NCBI GenBank assembly: GCA_910592345.1
Contig: CAJVPI010000014.1
Location: 1 to 64,000, forward strand
Direction of reading: 5' to 3'
DNA length: 64,000 bases
Origin: Paraglomus brasilianum
Lineage: Eukaryota
Part shown: positions 53,105-64,000 of the stretch, one piece after another
How positions within the stretch are numbered: position 1 is the stretch's first letter
Layout: each line of letters opens with the position of its first letter
The notes under the pieces: model-generated
What the model was told of the DNA's origin: nothing
The model's database searches: none
What the model saw: the letters and a program-made list of their open reading frames with translations, nothing else
Position numbers and translations under genes: made by a program

Positions 53105-55916
53105 ATGGATTACAACAGTGAAGCTAATCGATACAATATGGAGATGGACGATAATGAGAATGTAGATAATATGGAAGAAGAAAATCAAACGTCAAGAGAT
53201 AGGGGTCTAGATGAAGAGGGGTTTGAGGATGATGACTCTGATGAGGAAGAGTCCGTGGGATTAGACTATGAAGAGGGAAACAATGACATTAATATAGATG
53301 AGAGTGATGGGGATGAAGATGGGAATGAGGATAATGAGGAAGAAGAAGAAGAAGATGATGATGAAGATAATGATGAAGACGATGACGACGACGACGATGA
53401 CGATGACGATGACGACGACGACGATGATGATGACGACGACGACGACGGCGATGAGGATGATAATGATGAAACAGAAGAAGTAGTTGTAACAGCACGAGAA
53501 AATAATAATGATGATGTTGATGAAGATGAGGATGAAGACGAGGATCATGAAGATGATTCGGATGATGATGAAGAAGAAGAGGACGAAGAGGAAGAGGAAG
53601 AAGATGATGAGGAGGATGAGGATGAAGAAGAAGAAGAAGACGACGAAATTAGTATTAAAGCTATCGGTTCGAATAATTCGAATGACAAAGGTCAATTTAA
53701 GAACAGTACTCAGAATATGGACGATACTTTGCAAAACGATGAGCAGGTGGATTTTTTCGTTAGGTTGTTAATATTAAGTACCAATATATACTAAACCGAT
53801 TTCATACGATTTTATAGCTTCTTATAAAATCTGAAGAGAAATACGAATACAATCAGCGTCCTTCATATATTAGCTCCACCAATAAATTACGTAAAGACAC
53901 TGAATCACTTGGGGCGACGCAAAAGTCTGTCAAGACAGAAGCCGAGTATGTTTCAACGCAGCAACAGCAATCTTCACAACAAACTATAACTGATAATGAT
54001 GGTGATGATGGTGAACAAATAACTCAATTGGAATTGTCAGGACTTAACGTATTGGTTATCAGAAAGAAAGATCAAATTGTCTATAAATTACCCGGAGAAA
54101 TGTCTGTGCAGTCACTAGATGAAAATACGCGAAACGCTTTAATTCAACGAATACAATCATTACATGAGCGGAATTCTGTAGTCGCAAGTCCGGCTGTGTC
54201 ATCGACACTTCGACATGCATCATCAGGCGCATCTGACGGGATCCTTGCTAGCGGAGTTGCCACTTCCACTACTCAATCATCCTCATCCTCATTCTCATCA
54301 ATATTACCCAATAGACAATCGACACAGACGACCCAACCATCGATCCAGTCGCCGTCTGGCTCTGCTAGGCCGCGGGACATGCCGAAAACATATACACCAC
54401 TTGCGATTAGACAACAGACAGCAGCCCAGACCTCGACGACGCCGTCGCCGACGTTTCAGTCTACACCAACCGGTTCATCTGATGGTACAAGCATGCCAAC
54501 ACCATCGATGGGAATATCTTCGACCACACAACTAAATGCGGGTTCGATACCATCCTCCTCTCATGTACAACAACGAGCTTCATATCAACCTCAATTACAG
54601 CCAGATGGGACAATGAAGACTACGCGTAAATACAATAAGACAGGAAAATATTCTAAAAAGCGTGCATTGCAGCAGTCAGAGGATAACCGACACGTAACGT
54701 CTATAGGGAACAAGTATCTTCAGGGTCCAATGTACAATAATTACTATCAAAATAATGTGCAGTCTACTATTGTGGGAACAGCTTATAATTATGATCCTAC
54801 GCGATCAGTCGCTTATCAAACAGCGAGTGTTGGACGATCGCCTGAAGAGATAATCCACCATCTGGAAGTCAAGCAAAGGTATGTAATAAAAACACAATGT
54901 ATTCAACATGGTGTATATGACACACAGAAACTGATATCGAAGACTGCCTTATTATGTTTGGTAGATTCGAGACAGCCCTATCATATGATCAGATAGCTAT
55001 TTACCAACCAGACGTGAAGCCATTTCACTCCATGGAAGACGCCATCAGACGGCTGTTACCGTATCATATATTTCAGTATCCAGATGAAGATTTAGAATCT
55101 AATGAAAAAATGTCTGATTTGGATGGTAATCGATGCACTTTATAATTGCCTTTGTTTGGAGACTGGTAGGAATTTTTTTTGTTTGCGTATTAACTTTTGT
55201 CTATTTTCAAGCGAATAAATCAGCATTTGCAGCATTGAAAAGACGTAAAAGCATATACGACAAATACGCACAGTTGCTTAAACAGGAGGCTGAAGTATGT
55301 AGACTTTGAAGTTTTTTATGCCATATTCGTTTATCATGTACATTAATGACATTCGTACAATCTTCAGAGTTCTTGTCTCTCGCATAGTGTAAATCTATGT
55401 GAACGTCTAATATTAGAGGATGAAAAGAGTGAAAATGTTGCATTACAACGGGAATTGGACCGTCTACGAGCTCAAAAGAACGAATTGGATAGAATAGGTA
55501 CATTACAAAAACAGCGCACTGAGCAGCAGTTGCAACAACATCAGCAGCAACAGCAACAACAAACGCTACAGCAGTATTTCCAACAACAACAACAGCGATC
55601 CCAAACGGGGCAGTATAGCTGGTTACATCAACAAGATCGAAATACTGCCAATCTATTTCCGAGGGTACATGCTGCTGTTGCGGCAGCCGCTGCTGCCGGC
55701 CAGAGCTTCCCAACATCGGCAAAGGTAGCTACAGCAACGGCGGCGGCGGCAGCGGCAGCAGCAGTCTTGACGACAGGAGGGAGTGGGATAGCAAAGGATA
55801 GTGCCGGTATCAGCAATCAGAATGGAGGACAACAATCAACTGCCACGATGTCTTTGAATCAGAACATTTCTGAACAACAACAGCAGAAACAATCGCAACC
55901 CACAACGAGGAAATGA
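53105..55916 (+). CDS. GLTSCR1/BICRA conserved-domain protein with long acidic N-terminus and Q/A-rich tail
   Basis: PDVKPFHSMEDAIRRLLPYHIFQYP matches the recalled GLTSCR1 domain core; following ERLILEDEK coiled coil; exons join via GT-AG introns. Confidence 0.75.
53200..53647 (+). repeat. GAN trinucleotide low-complexity tract encoding poly-Asp/Glu
   Basis: GAT/GAC/GAA/GAG runs directly visible. Confidence 0.9.
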
Positions 55917-56177
55917 ACTCTTTCTGATAGCGCATTGTTGTAATAAACGGTCACATATTTAACGTTCGGAGTCGTCGTCATACTCAAGTGATGCTTATAT
56001 AAATTGTTACGACATTGTTTCTGGTCTAATTAGTATGATTTAGTCATTTTTATTACGATCAGTTGGATGCTGTTTAGATGGATCCGGTGGTTTTGATCTA
56101 TCTATTTCCAGGTGTAAAGAAGAGTTAGTTTGATATCGAATGCAATAGATCGTAATGCAGATTATGTAAGATGATTT

Positions 56178-56864
56178 CTATTCACCCTTGTATCGCGGTT
56201 GTCGTTCATAGGCATTCGGACGCTTTTCTAATCGACTAGCGTGTTTTCCTTTGCTTTGCCCATTATGACAGTGATGCTGTTTCATATCATCATGACAATG
56301 GTCGTGGTCTGATTCGCTATCAGTACCACTACTGTCCGAATCATCTGAAGATTCCCCAAACACACGAGGCCTGTGATATATGCAGCAAACTACATGACGG
56401 GGAAACAGTATGGTTTGAGCCGTCGCTGTACATAGTCATACAAAAGAAGCTTTGGATAATGCTTACTTTTTGATTTTTTTTTGTTCGCGCCTTCATTGTC
56501 AATCACATTCTCGTCCCATTTTACTTTTCTCTCTTGTGCAAGATTGCCACCCCGTAGGATTAGTGTGCCAGCAGAACTTTCCGCGTTGACCGAATCTTGT
56601 CCGGTATCTGCAAGAGTGAAACCAGATGAAACAAATGCAAAAGGCAGTGGTTTTGCATTGTCAATTTACTGTTTCAAGTGAAATAAACATTACGATACCT
56701 TCTAGATCTGTTTGTACTAGAGTAATCGTCCGTGTCCCGTTGCAGGTTCTTGAAAGACCGGCTGACGAGTAGTACGGTAATTTAGTCACCTGTGTGATCG
56801 CAAGGAAATAAGCGCAGAAATTTTTAACATTCTTTCCAACTTGAAACTACAAACCTGCTGCCAT
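56178..56864 (-). CDS. YPI1: Protein phosphatase 1 inhibitor Ypi1/Inhibitor-3 (PPP1R11), 4 exons
   Basis: RVxF-type KVKW, then DENVIDNEGANKKKSK/.CCIYHRPRVFGESS, C-terminal PNAYERQP. Confidence 0.92.
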
Positions 56865-57031
56865 TTTGTAAGTTAAATAATAATATGTGTTGGATAGAGT
56901 GATTAATGTTTGTTATTAATATTGAAAGCCCTACTACTAACGCTAAGGTTGGTCACACACATTCGGCACGTGCATTCCCCACAGACTTTTTTGATCGTTA
57001 GACAGTAGATTTTTACACATACAGAAAGAGC
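56865..57031. promoter_or_regulatory. Compact bidirectional promoter region between YPI1 and FRG1-like
   Basis: Divergent start codons 167 bp apart; CACGTG at ~56967. Confidence 0.55.
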
Positions 57032-58112
57032 ATGTCAGAATACAAAGCTGTCTCTAGTAGATTAAGCTTTAGAGGCGAAAAGAGCTCCAGGTAAGTGTCT
57101 ATTAAATGTTGGTTTGGAAAGTACCAACTATTAAATGGCTCTTCTTTTTTTTTCGTTTAAGAAAAAAGAAGAAACGAAAGGTTGAAGAAGCAATAGAAGA
57201 AGGAGGACAGCAAGATGGTATGCGTAATTGTAGTAGTCTGTGTTTCCCTATTATAGTCGCTCATTGCATTTAATACTTTGGCGTATAGGTTGGGTTTTTG
57301 CAACCTCAGTGGAAGATCTAGTCGGGCCCATATTTATAATATTTAATAACGAAACCCTAGCATGTCTACAATCTTCTGATAATGATAGTTCCATAACTGT
57401 TCATAATATTTCTCCCACCGAACAATTGTCAACCGTTGAGCCTGACGAAGTTAACTGCGTTTTTGTTGGAGCCCGCGTCGTGGGTTCCAACGAGCGCATT
57501 ACACTAAAAACTTACAAGAACAAATATATATCTACCGACAAATTTGGCGTCATAACGGCTGAACATGAAGCCATTGGCCCACAAGAAGAGTGGTTGCCCA
57601 TAGTACGGGACGATGGTATTGCATTCCAAAGTATATACGACAAATTCTTGAGTATTGACGAGATTGCGGGTGGCGGATACAAAATTCGGGCGGATGTAGA
57701 GACTATTGGATTTTGCGAGACGTTTAGAGTCAAATGCCAGGCGAGGTTTAGGAAGAAACAAAAAGTCACGAAAAAAGAGGATAGAGCAGTCTCTGAGGTT
57801 GAGGTTGAGCAGATGTGAGTGAACGAGATATATGATCCTAATCTTTTGGTTTTTTTTTTACGATAACTAAGAATCAATTTGACGGTTATAGCAAAAAGTA
57901 TCAGACTTGGGGCGGTGGTAGGATAAGAACATCTGAAGAGGATGTGAATAAGCTGAGGAGGGCAAAGAAAGAAGGAAAATTTAGTGAAGCGTAAGTTTAT
58001 TTCAAAGGTTGTGTTTTCATTCCCCCAAGCTACTGTCTGATGTTGTCTATTTATTTTTTTTAGACTGCTTGATCGTCGAGAGAAAGTCAAGGCGGACCGA
58101 TATTGTAAATAG
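57032..58112 (+). CDS. FRG1: FRG1-like protein (fascin-like beta-trefoil), 5 exons
   Basis: N-terminal RLSFRGEK..KKKKRK; KYISTDKFGVITAEHEAIGPQEEW; C-terminal LRRAKKEGKFSEA/LLDRREKVKADRYCK*. Confidence 0.92.
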
Positions 58113-60895
58113 ATTTACAGCAAAAGCATTGGGGCATTTATAATATCGATTGGGTTAATAGACGCTAAAGATAGAATGATAAAGCGGCAATGAAATGTAA
58201 AATATCAGCGAGGCGAGAACGTATTAGATGGTAATTACTTTGCAGAAATGCGACAATGAATCAATATGATAATAGGCGACAGTTTGTGTCTAATGTGAAA
58301 TCTGATCACAAAAGGATAATGTTCTGAACTTGGGACCGGGTCTGAACGTGTCTGACGACAGGCTAGCCAACAAGCCCCTTTTTTCGCGATTAGTCTAAGG
58401 ATAAATTCTATTGATATTGGCTTTGTGCTTCAAAGCCAGTGGAGAGTGATGCGACGAATTGTGTAATGGAGCTTGTGACGATTGTTCTCGCAGGAGAATT
58501 GGTTGCTACAGTAGAACTATTACAAACAAATAATTGGAATGCTCTTCAGAATTGGTGAAAAGCTCACGATTCCAAAAGAGACTAGCGTTCTCATCGTCAT
58601 TGTTATACCTCCTGTCGATATTCAAATAAAAGCTCGGAGACATGGAAACCGATATCCGAAACATTGATGCATTCGTTCATTTTTAGATGTTCTTTGCTGC
58701 TTCAGTCTCTTAACCTGTCAGCTATAGCTTCAACTGTTGCAATAATGGTTAATATAGACTCGAAACGTCTTGTTGTCCTCTGCCAGTTCAACAAGTAATT
58801 CCATCTCGATGCTTGGAACAGTCTCTCAATAATTGGTTTATCGAAGGATATGGAATAACAAATAATGATAGAATTAGACTTATATAGTATGTAATACCAT
58901 TTTATGAATAATAAGGAGTTCTTAAATGCAGACCACCTCATCGATCAATATCCATGTAATGAGTGATATTTCTTCTGAATTAAAATTCCTTTTTCTAATG
59001 CAATTCTTCAGTTGTGCTTGAATATTTCTACCACGGCAGAAAGGCATTTCCTACTAGATTTTCTGAATATCACATTTTCAAGTACTATTTTATTTTATTC
59101 ACTGATTTAGACATTTCGACGGCATTAAGATCTTGTAGATTCATTGTCTACAAAGTGCATGCAACAATCCTTTGGAACTTCTCTTTAGATAATTTATGCA
59201 ATTGTATTTGTAAGCACGTATGTTATAGTGCATGTAGCGGAACAAGGATGCAGTTTACACAGAAAAATCGTCGGAAATATCTGCAATTACATGATTTAGT
59301 AAGTTTGACTTATGATTTTGCTTTTTTTGGCTACAAACCATACAAGAAGCTGATGAATACATTGTACTTGAGTGATACGCGAAGGCACAATAATAAAATG
59401 TTCTTTATCGGCAGATAGATGTAATTTAGATATACAAAAAAGGCGATACAAAAAGGTATCTATGGGACTGCCAATTCAGCCGACATCCGTAACTTGGGAC
59501 TGCTAATACTAATGGTAGATCATCATTCATCATTCGGGACACGAATTATGTAACTAGCACGACAATTCACGAATCAGTAATCGAACGTCACAGTGTCAGT
59601 TACGCATGTATCTTTATTATGGTTCACTTAGCACTGTTTTGCAGATTTATTGACAACCATCAAAAAAAACCCCATCATTTAATTGATTCGAAAATCTGTT
59701 AATGTCAACGCTCCGCCAAAATGCAATATACACAGTTTGAGAATTCGCTGATGCCGACTTGTCGAATAAAAACATTCGGTTAATAGTATTACCGTATTCC
59801 AGTTGCTTCTGTCTCCAGTCATTAAAACAACGTTGGTTAATACCGTGGTTCGATAACTTTCACATGTGTTCAGTATTACGTACTCTATCGGCAATGGGGG
59901 GTGTTGGCGATGATATTCTAGTCAGGAAAACCGTAACATTATTACTCTCTTCACGCTCTTGAACCCGGAAACGTGTCAAATATGCACTTATCGGTGATCA
60001 GTAGTACAGAAGAAGGAGGAGACTACCCGGGGGGGTTGGGGTTGGTGGAGGGGAGGGGAGTTTGCGTTCCTTGGTTGGTGGAGGGGAGGGGGGACACTAT
60101 GCTCTCCATAATAATAGTAATTGAATACATCAAAATTCGTGATACCCGTGATTTCGGATATTAACACACGTTTAATGTCCGCCACAGTAACAGGGTGTTT
60201 GTTACTATGTTTCGGTTTGTTGCATATCGATATCGATATGGAGAAACAACAAAGGGCGGAATAATTGCACTTTCCAAGTTACAGTCCATTCCCTAATGCC
60301 CAAAACAGTTGTTCAAATACGAACAATACTATGGACTATGGGCCCTTTATTAGTAACACCTTCACAATGTATGCACATATAAAGATGACATTGTTATCTC
60401 TGTGGCGTGAAAAGCTTTGATCACTGCTTTCTTTGTGGGGTTCGGATTGGATTACCAAATAACAATAACTGTACACAAATAATATTATGTGAATCAAAGC
60501 ATAGCATTGAGATGTCCCATTAGCTCTTTATATAGTACATTTTAAATTATCTTCCTTATATTCCAGATATTGTTCATCAGTACATACAAGTCGCATATAG
60601 TTACATTTAATGTCACAGTTTGCCAAGCAATCAATAGGCATGTCCGTTTTGGTACAGCTGATCTCATCCAGTCACTTTCCATATTAAGAAGAAGAAGTTT
60701 CTTACTAAACAAGGGAGCAGAAAGACAGCTCAGGAGCAATACAATTATTTTTCACTTCTACCTTCAACGTACATTTAGCAAGCTTGACTTGGTAAACGAA
60801 AACAAAAAAAAAAAAGGGAAAAGAAAATTCCTCTCCCCTCTTCCCCTCTCTCACAAACAACCTTTTAGAAAAAACGACATCTTGAACCATTAGAT

Positions 60896-63027
60896 ATGAA
60901 GTTCAACCAGTTCCGTGAGAGACTGGTATGTTTCTAATATTTTCGATACTTACATATCTTGGAAGAGAGAAAAAAAAACTAAACCGTCTTGCCTCTATAT
61001 ACCCACAGTACAACCGAGTGACAGAATCACGATGGACTATGCTGTATATCATTGTTGCAGCACTACAAATGATAATTGCCGTGGGTTTAGAAGCAGCAGT
61101 GTTTCGTCTTAACTCGAATATAGCAGATGACATAGAAAGCGCAAAGAATATCACGGACAAGAATCCACAATTTTTTCCATCATTACCAGATACAAACTAC
61201 AACTATGATAAATACCTTCAGCAATTTGAATCAATAACACACAGTAACATATGGTTTATGGTCTTTCAAGCCTTTGTATTTTTATTATCACTTATTGGGG
61301 TAAGTATTATTCTCGTCGTTCAGATACTCAAATACTTCAATTGCATTGTGAATGACACATAAACTCACAGTATTTCAATGTCTTTGTTTGCACTAGTTAT
61401 CCTCTCAAGTAAGTACCATGTTCCAATTACTCACAAAAAAATACATTATCATAACGTGTCTGTTTACTTTTGTTATCATTGACAAATTCTCTCGCTCACC
61501 TCATTGTTTCTCGCTTCACCCTCCCTTATCGCCCAAATAGAACACAATCGAGATCATCGTAATAGGGATTATCAATATACTTCTTCTACTCTTTGCCCTA
61601 ATTCAAATATTTCAAAGCACTAAATGGATAAACCGTGTAAACGGACAACTCGATCAAGACCGGTTGGTTTCACCTACTTTTAAGTTCCCTGACAAGATCC
61701 CCAAGACTGTTATTAGTTTCGAAGTTGTTTTGGTATTGGTCTTACTTGTCTTCGCCGCTGCGTCTGTGTATCTTGGATATCGGTTGTATCGACAATTTGG
61801 ATGGAACATTTATAAAAAAATTGGAGCCAACATTCAGATGCAGAGTAAGTGAAAAAAAAAAAAAAAGAAGAAAAAAAAAAAGAAGAGAAAACATGATATT
61901 ACGATGATCAGTTGTTATCGACTCGTAAACTAATCCTTTTTACCAAAAATCTTTTTCTTTCCTTCTCCCCTCTCCTTCCTGATATCTCTAGAAATGTATC
62001 GTGTATACCTGTGTAAGTACACAACCATTACGACATTATTTTCTTAATGAACAGTATTTTGTAAATATTTTACATCTTTCCTAACAATTCATCGCCTTGC
62101 AACCGGCGTCTCTCATTTCTGTTTACAGTATTCATAATGCTGCTGAAGTTGATGTTCTTGCTGCTTATGAGTTTCCAAATCCTTAATCTGGTCTTCTTAT
62201 TCCAAAACAAAAATATCAAAGACGATGATACTAGCAATACTCCAACTATCATATTCCAAATAGTAATGGTTTCCATTATTATCCCTATGGTGGCGATAGC
62301 ATGGTGGGGAGTAAGTACAAGCGACAATGTGAAGGGGTTGTAAAGATTAGTAATGAATTGGATTAGTTATCTCGTATAGTTTTCAATGAATTAACCGGAA
62401 CTTTGTATTCATAGGTACGGCGGGAAAACATATTGGCAATGTTCGTCTTTGCACTAATAGCTCTCACGACCATTGTTTACTTCATCTATGTTCTCGCTAG
62501 ATTTATCATTAGTAGAGACGAAAATATACTAACCTTATTGGTAAGGCGCTTAACCTCGGGAGTTGAGACAAAGTTTGGTCTATTTTTTTATGATATTAAA
62601 TTTAATTATTAATTACTCTTTACAGGACATATTAGGAATAGCACTATGTATAGCATCTATGTCAGTTGCATACATGGCAGTTCGTAATTTCGGTAAATGT
62701 CGAATGAATGGATGGATGAATGAATTTGATGTTTTATTGATAACCAATTAATTCTAACCGCATATTTATTTTCGATTATAAAAAATACACTTGTGTAGAC
62801 GGAGGATTAAAAGATCTTTGTAAGTACAGTTTTTTGATTCCGTTTACCTCGTTCCATCGACTCTTTTCCGAATACTATATTTATCTTTTTATTCATTATC
62901 GTTCTTTACTCTTCTCTCCTATAATATAGTCGACAAAAATAATAGTACGCAAAATCAAAGCCTAGACCTTGGTGGCCTCGAATCAGGACAACCCGGCCGC
63001 AAACCCGGCAACATCATAATTGATTAA
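60896..63027 (+). CDS. Multi-pass membrane protein (UPF0658-like), ~11 exons including microexons
   Basis: RVTESRWTMLYI.., Q/NTIEII, YLGYRLYRQFGWNIYKKIGANIQMQ/KMYRVYLLFIMLLKL, WWG/VRREN, AVRNF/DGGLKD. Confidence 0.85.
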
Positions 63028-64000
63028 CATTCAACGACAGTTCATGCCTTTTCCTCAAAGTCCTTGTTACTACTAATGACTATCGGATTGGTGTATATTT
63101 GGTGCGATATAAGGAGTGTATAGTACATGGTTATGGGCGGGGGTTATTATTTACAATCTCGTTCTTATTCTTATTATAGTCCTTGTTTTATCTCGTGGGA
63201 AAGGTTTTGTAAGATCATGTATTCCAGATTTCCTTTCTGTGTTCGAAGTATACCATTTTATTGTATTCGAGAGTTTCATACTCTGTTAATATTATTTTGT
63301 CGTTGCATTCTCCTCATTGAGCACGCGACAGATATGATGTTGCGGACTTTTGTTTCTCCTTTCTTGGTTGTCTCTTGTTGTTTCTGTTTATATTACACAT
63401 ACGTTTTTTTGTATTATGAATAGAATTATTGTTGATGTATTGTTACTTTGTTTTGTCTTCTTGTTCCAATTGTCATATTATAATCGTTATGTATTTCTCT
63501 AATTATGTTTGCCTCGACATTATCATCCTTAGGATGGTGGATAGTCATGCGGGTTAATGGATACAAAGTGGGAGTTTTTTTAGCATATACTGTTCTTGCT
63601 GCTATTTATGGTTTCGTTGTGTGTAGTCCTATTGTTTTTTTGTCGCATAAAAATCTACACTTATTTTAATAACAATTAGAGGTGTGCGGAAATATGAATG
63701 TGTGAAGGCTGGTTGTTTGATGGCAAGGCAATCTAGCCGACAGCGCAATCTCAGAGTCGAGTGAACGAGGAATACCTGTGCTATGCGAAGACCATATTTA
63801 TAGACAATGCTGCACATAACATCTTAATCTGAATAATCTATTTCTGGCTTGGTTATTCTCACGGAAGTAAAACTTGTTGCATTCAGATCTGACGATAATT
63901 GAGCGTCTGCAAGCGCTAATCTTCCTGTGAATAACTTCTACGTAGGTGATGGGATATACGAAAAGTTACATATCATACGTGCTAACAATATACTTACGCA

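Noticed and set aside
58400..58630. VIVIPP motif reminiscent of a Crinkler N-terminal end
   Set aside because: Too degraded; a single short motif.

Overview
Eukaryotic, intron-rich, AT-rich fungal genomic DNA. The transposon remnants and Crinkler-like relics suggest Mucoromycota, probably Glomeromycotina (arbuscular mycorrhizal fungi); this is inference. The window holds about 15 apparently intact protein-coding genes: DUF1295, SGT2, VPS4, an intronless O-fucosyltransferase/CigA-like gene, a polyQ GYF-domain protein, a J-domain protein, succinyl-CoA ligase alpha, a small membrane protein, sphingoid base kinase, an ankyrin protein, ADP/ATP carrier, a GLTSCR1-domain protein, YPI1, FRG1-like, and a UPF0658-like membrane protein with microexons. 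Spacers are full of decayed mobile DNA: TIR-bounded mariner and Tc1 deletion derivatives, three complementary fragments of a Sola-like transposase family, a Helitron (Pif1 tail, hairpin, CTAG) apparently inserted into one fragment and carrying intron-like cargo, several MITE/foldback palindromes, and Crinkler-like and kinase pseudogene relics. Sharp CpG-free islands coincide with some relics and extend into the 3' half of one gene. I found no convincing wholly new biological system; the best leads are the nested cargo-bearing Helitron, the reconstructable Sola-like family and the CpG-erasure pattern. All exon boundaries were read by eye.
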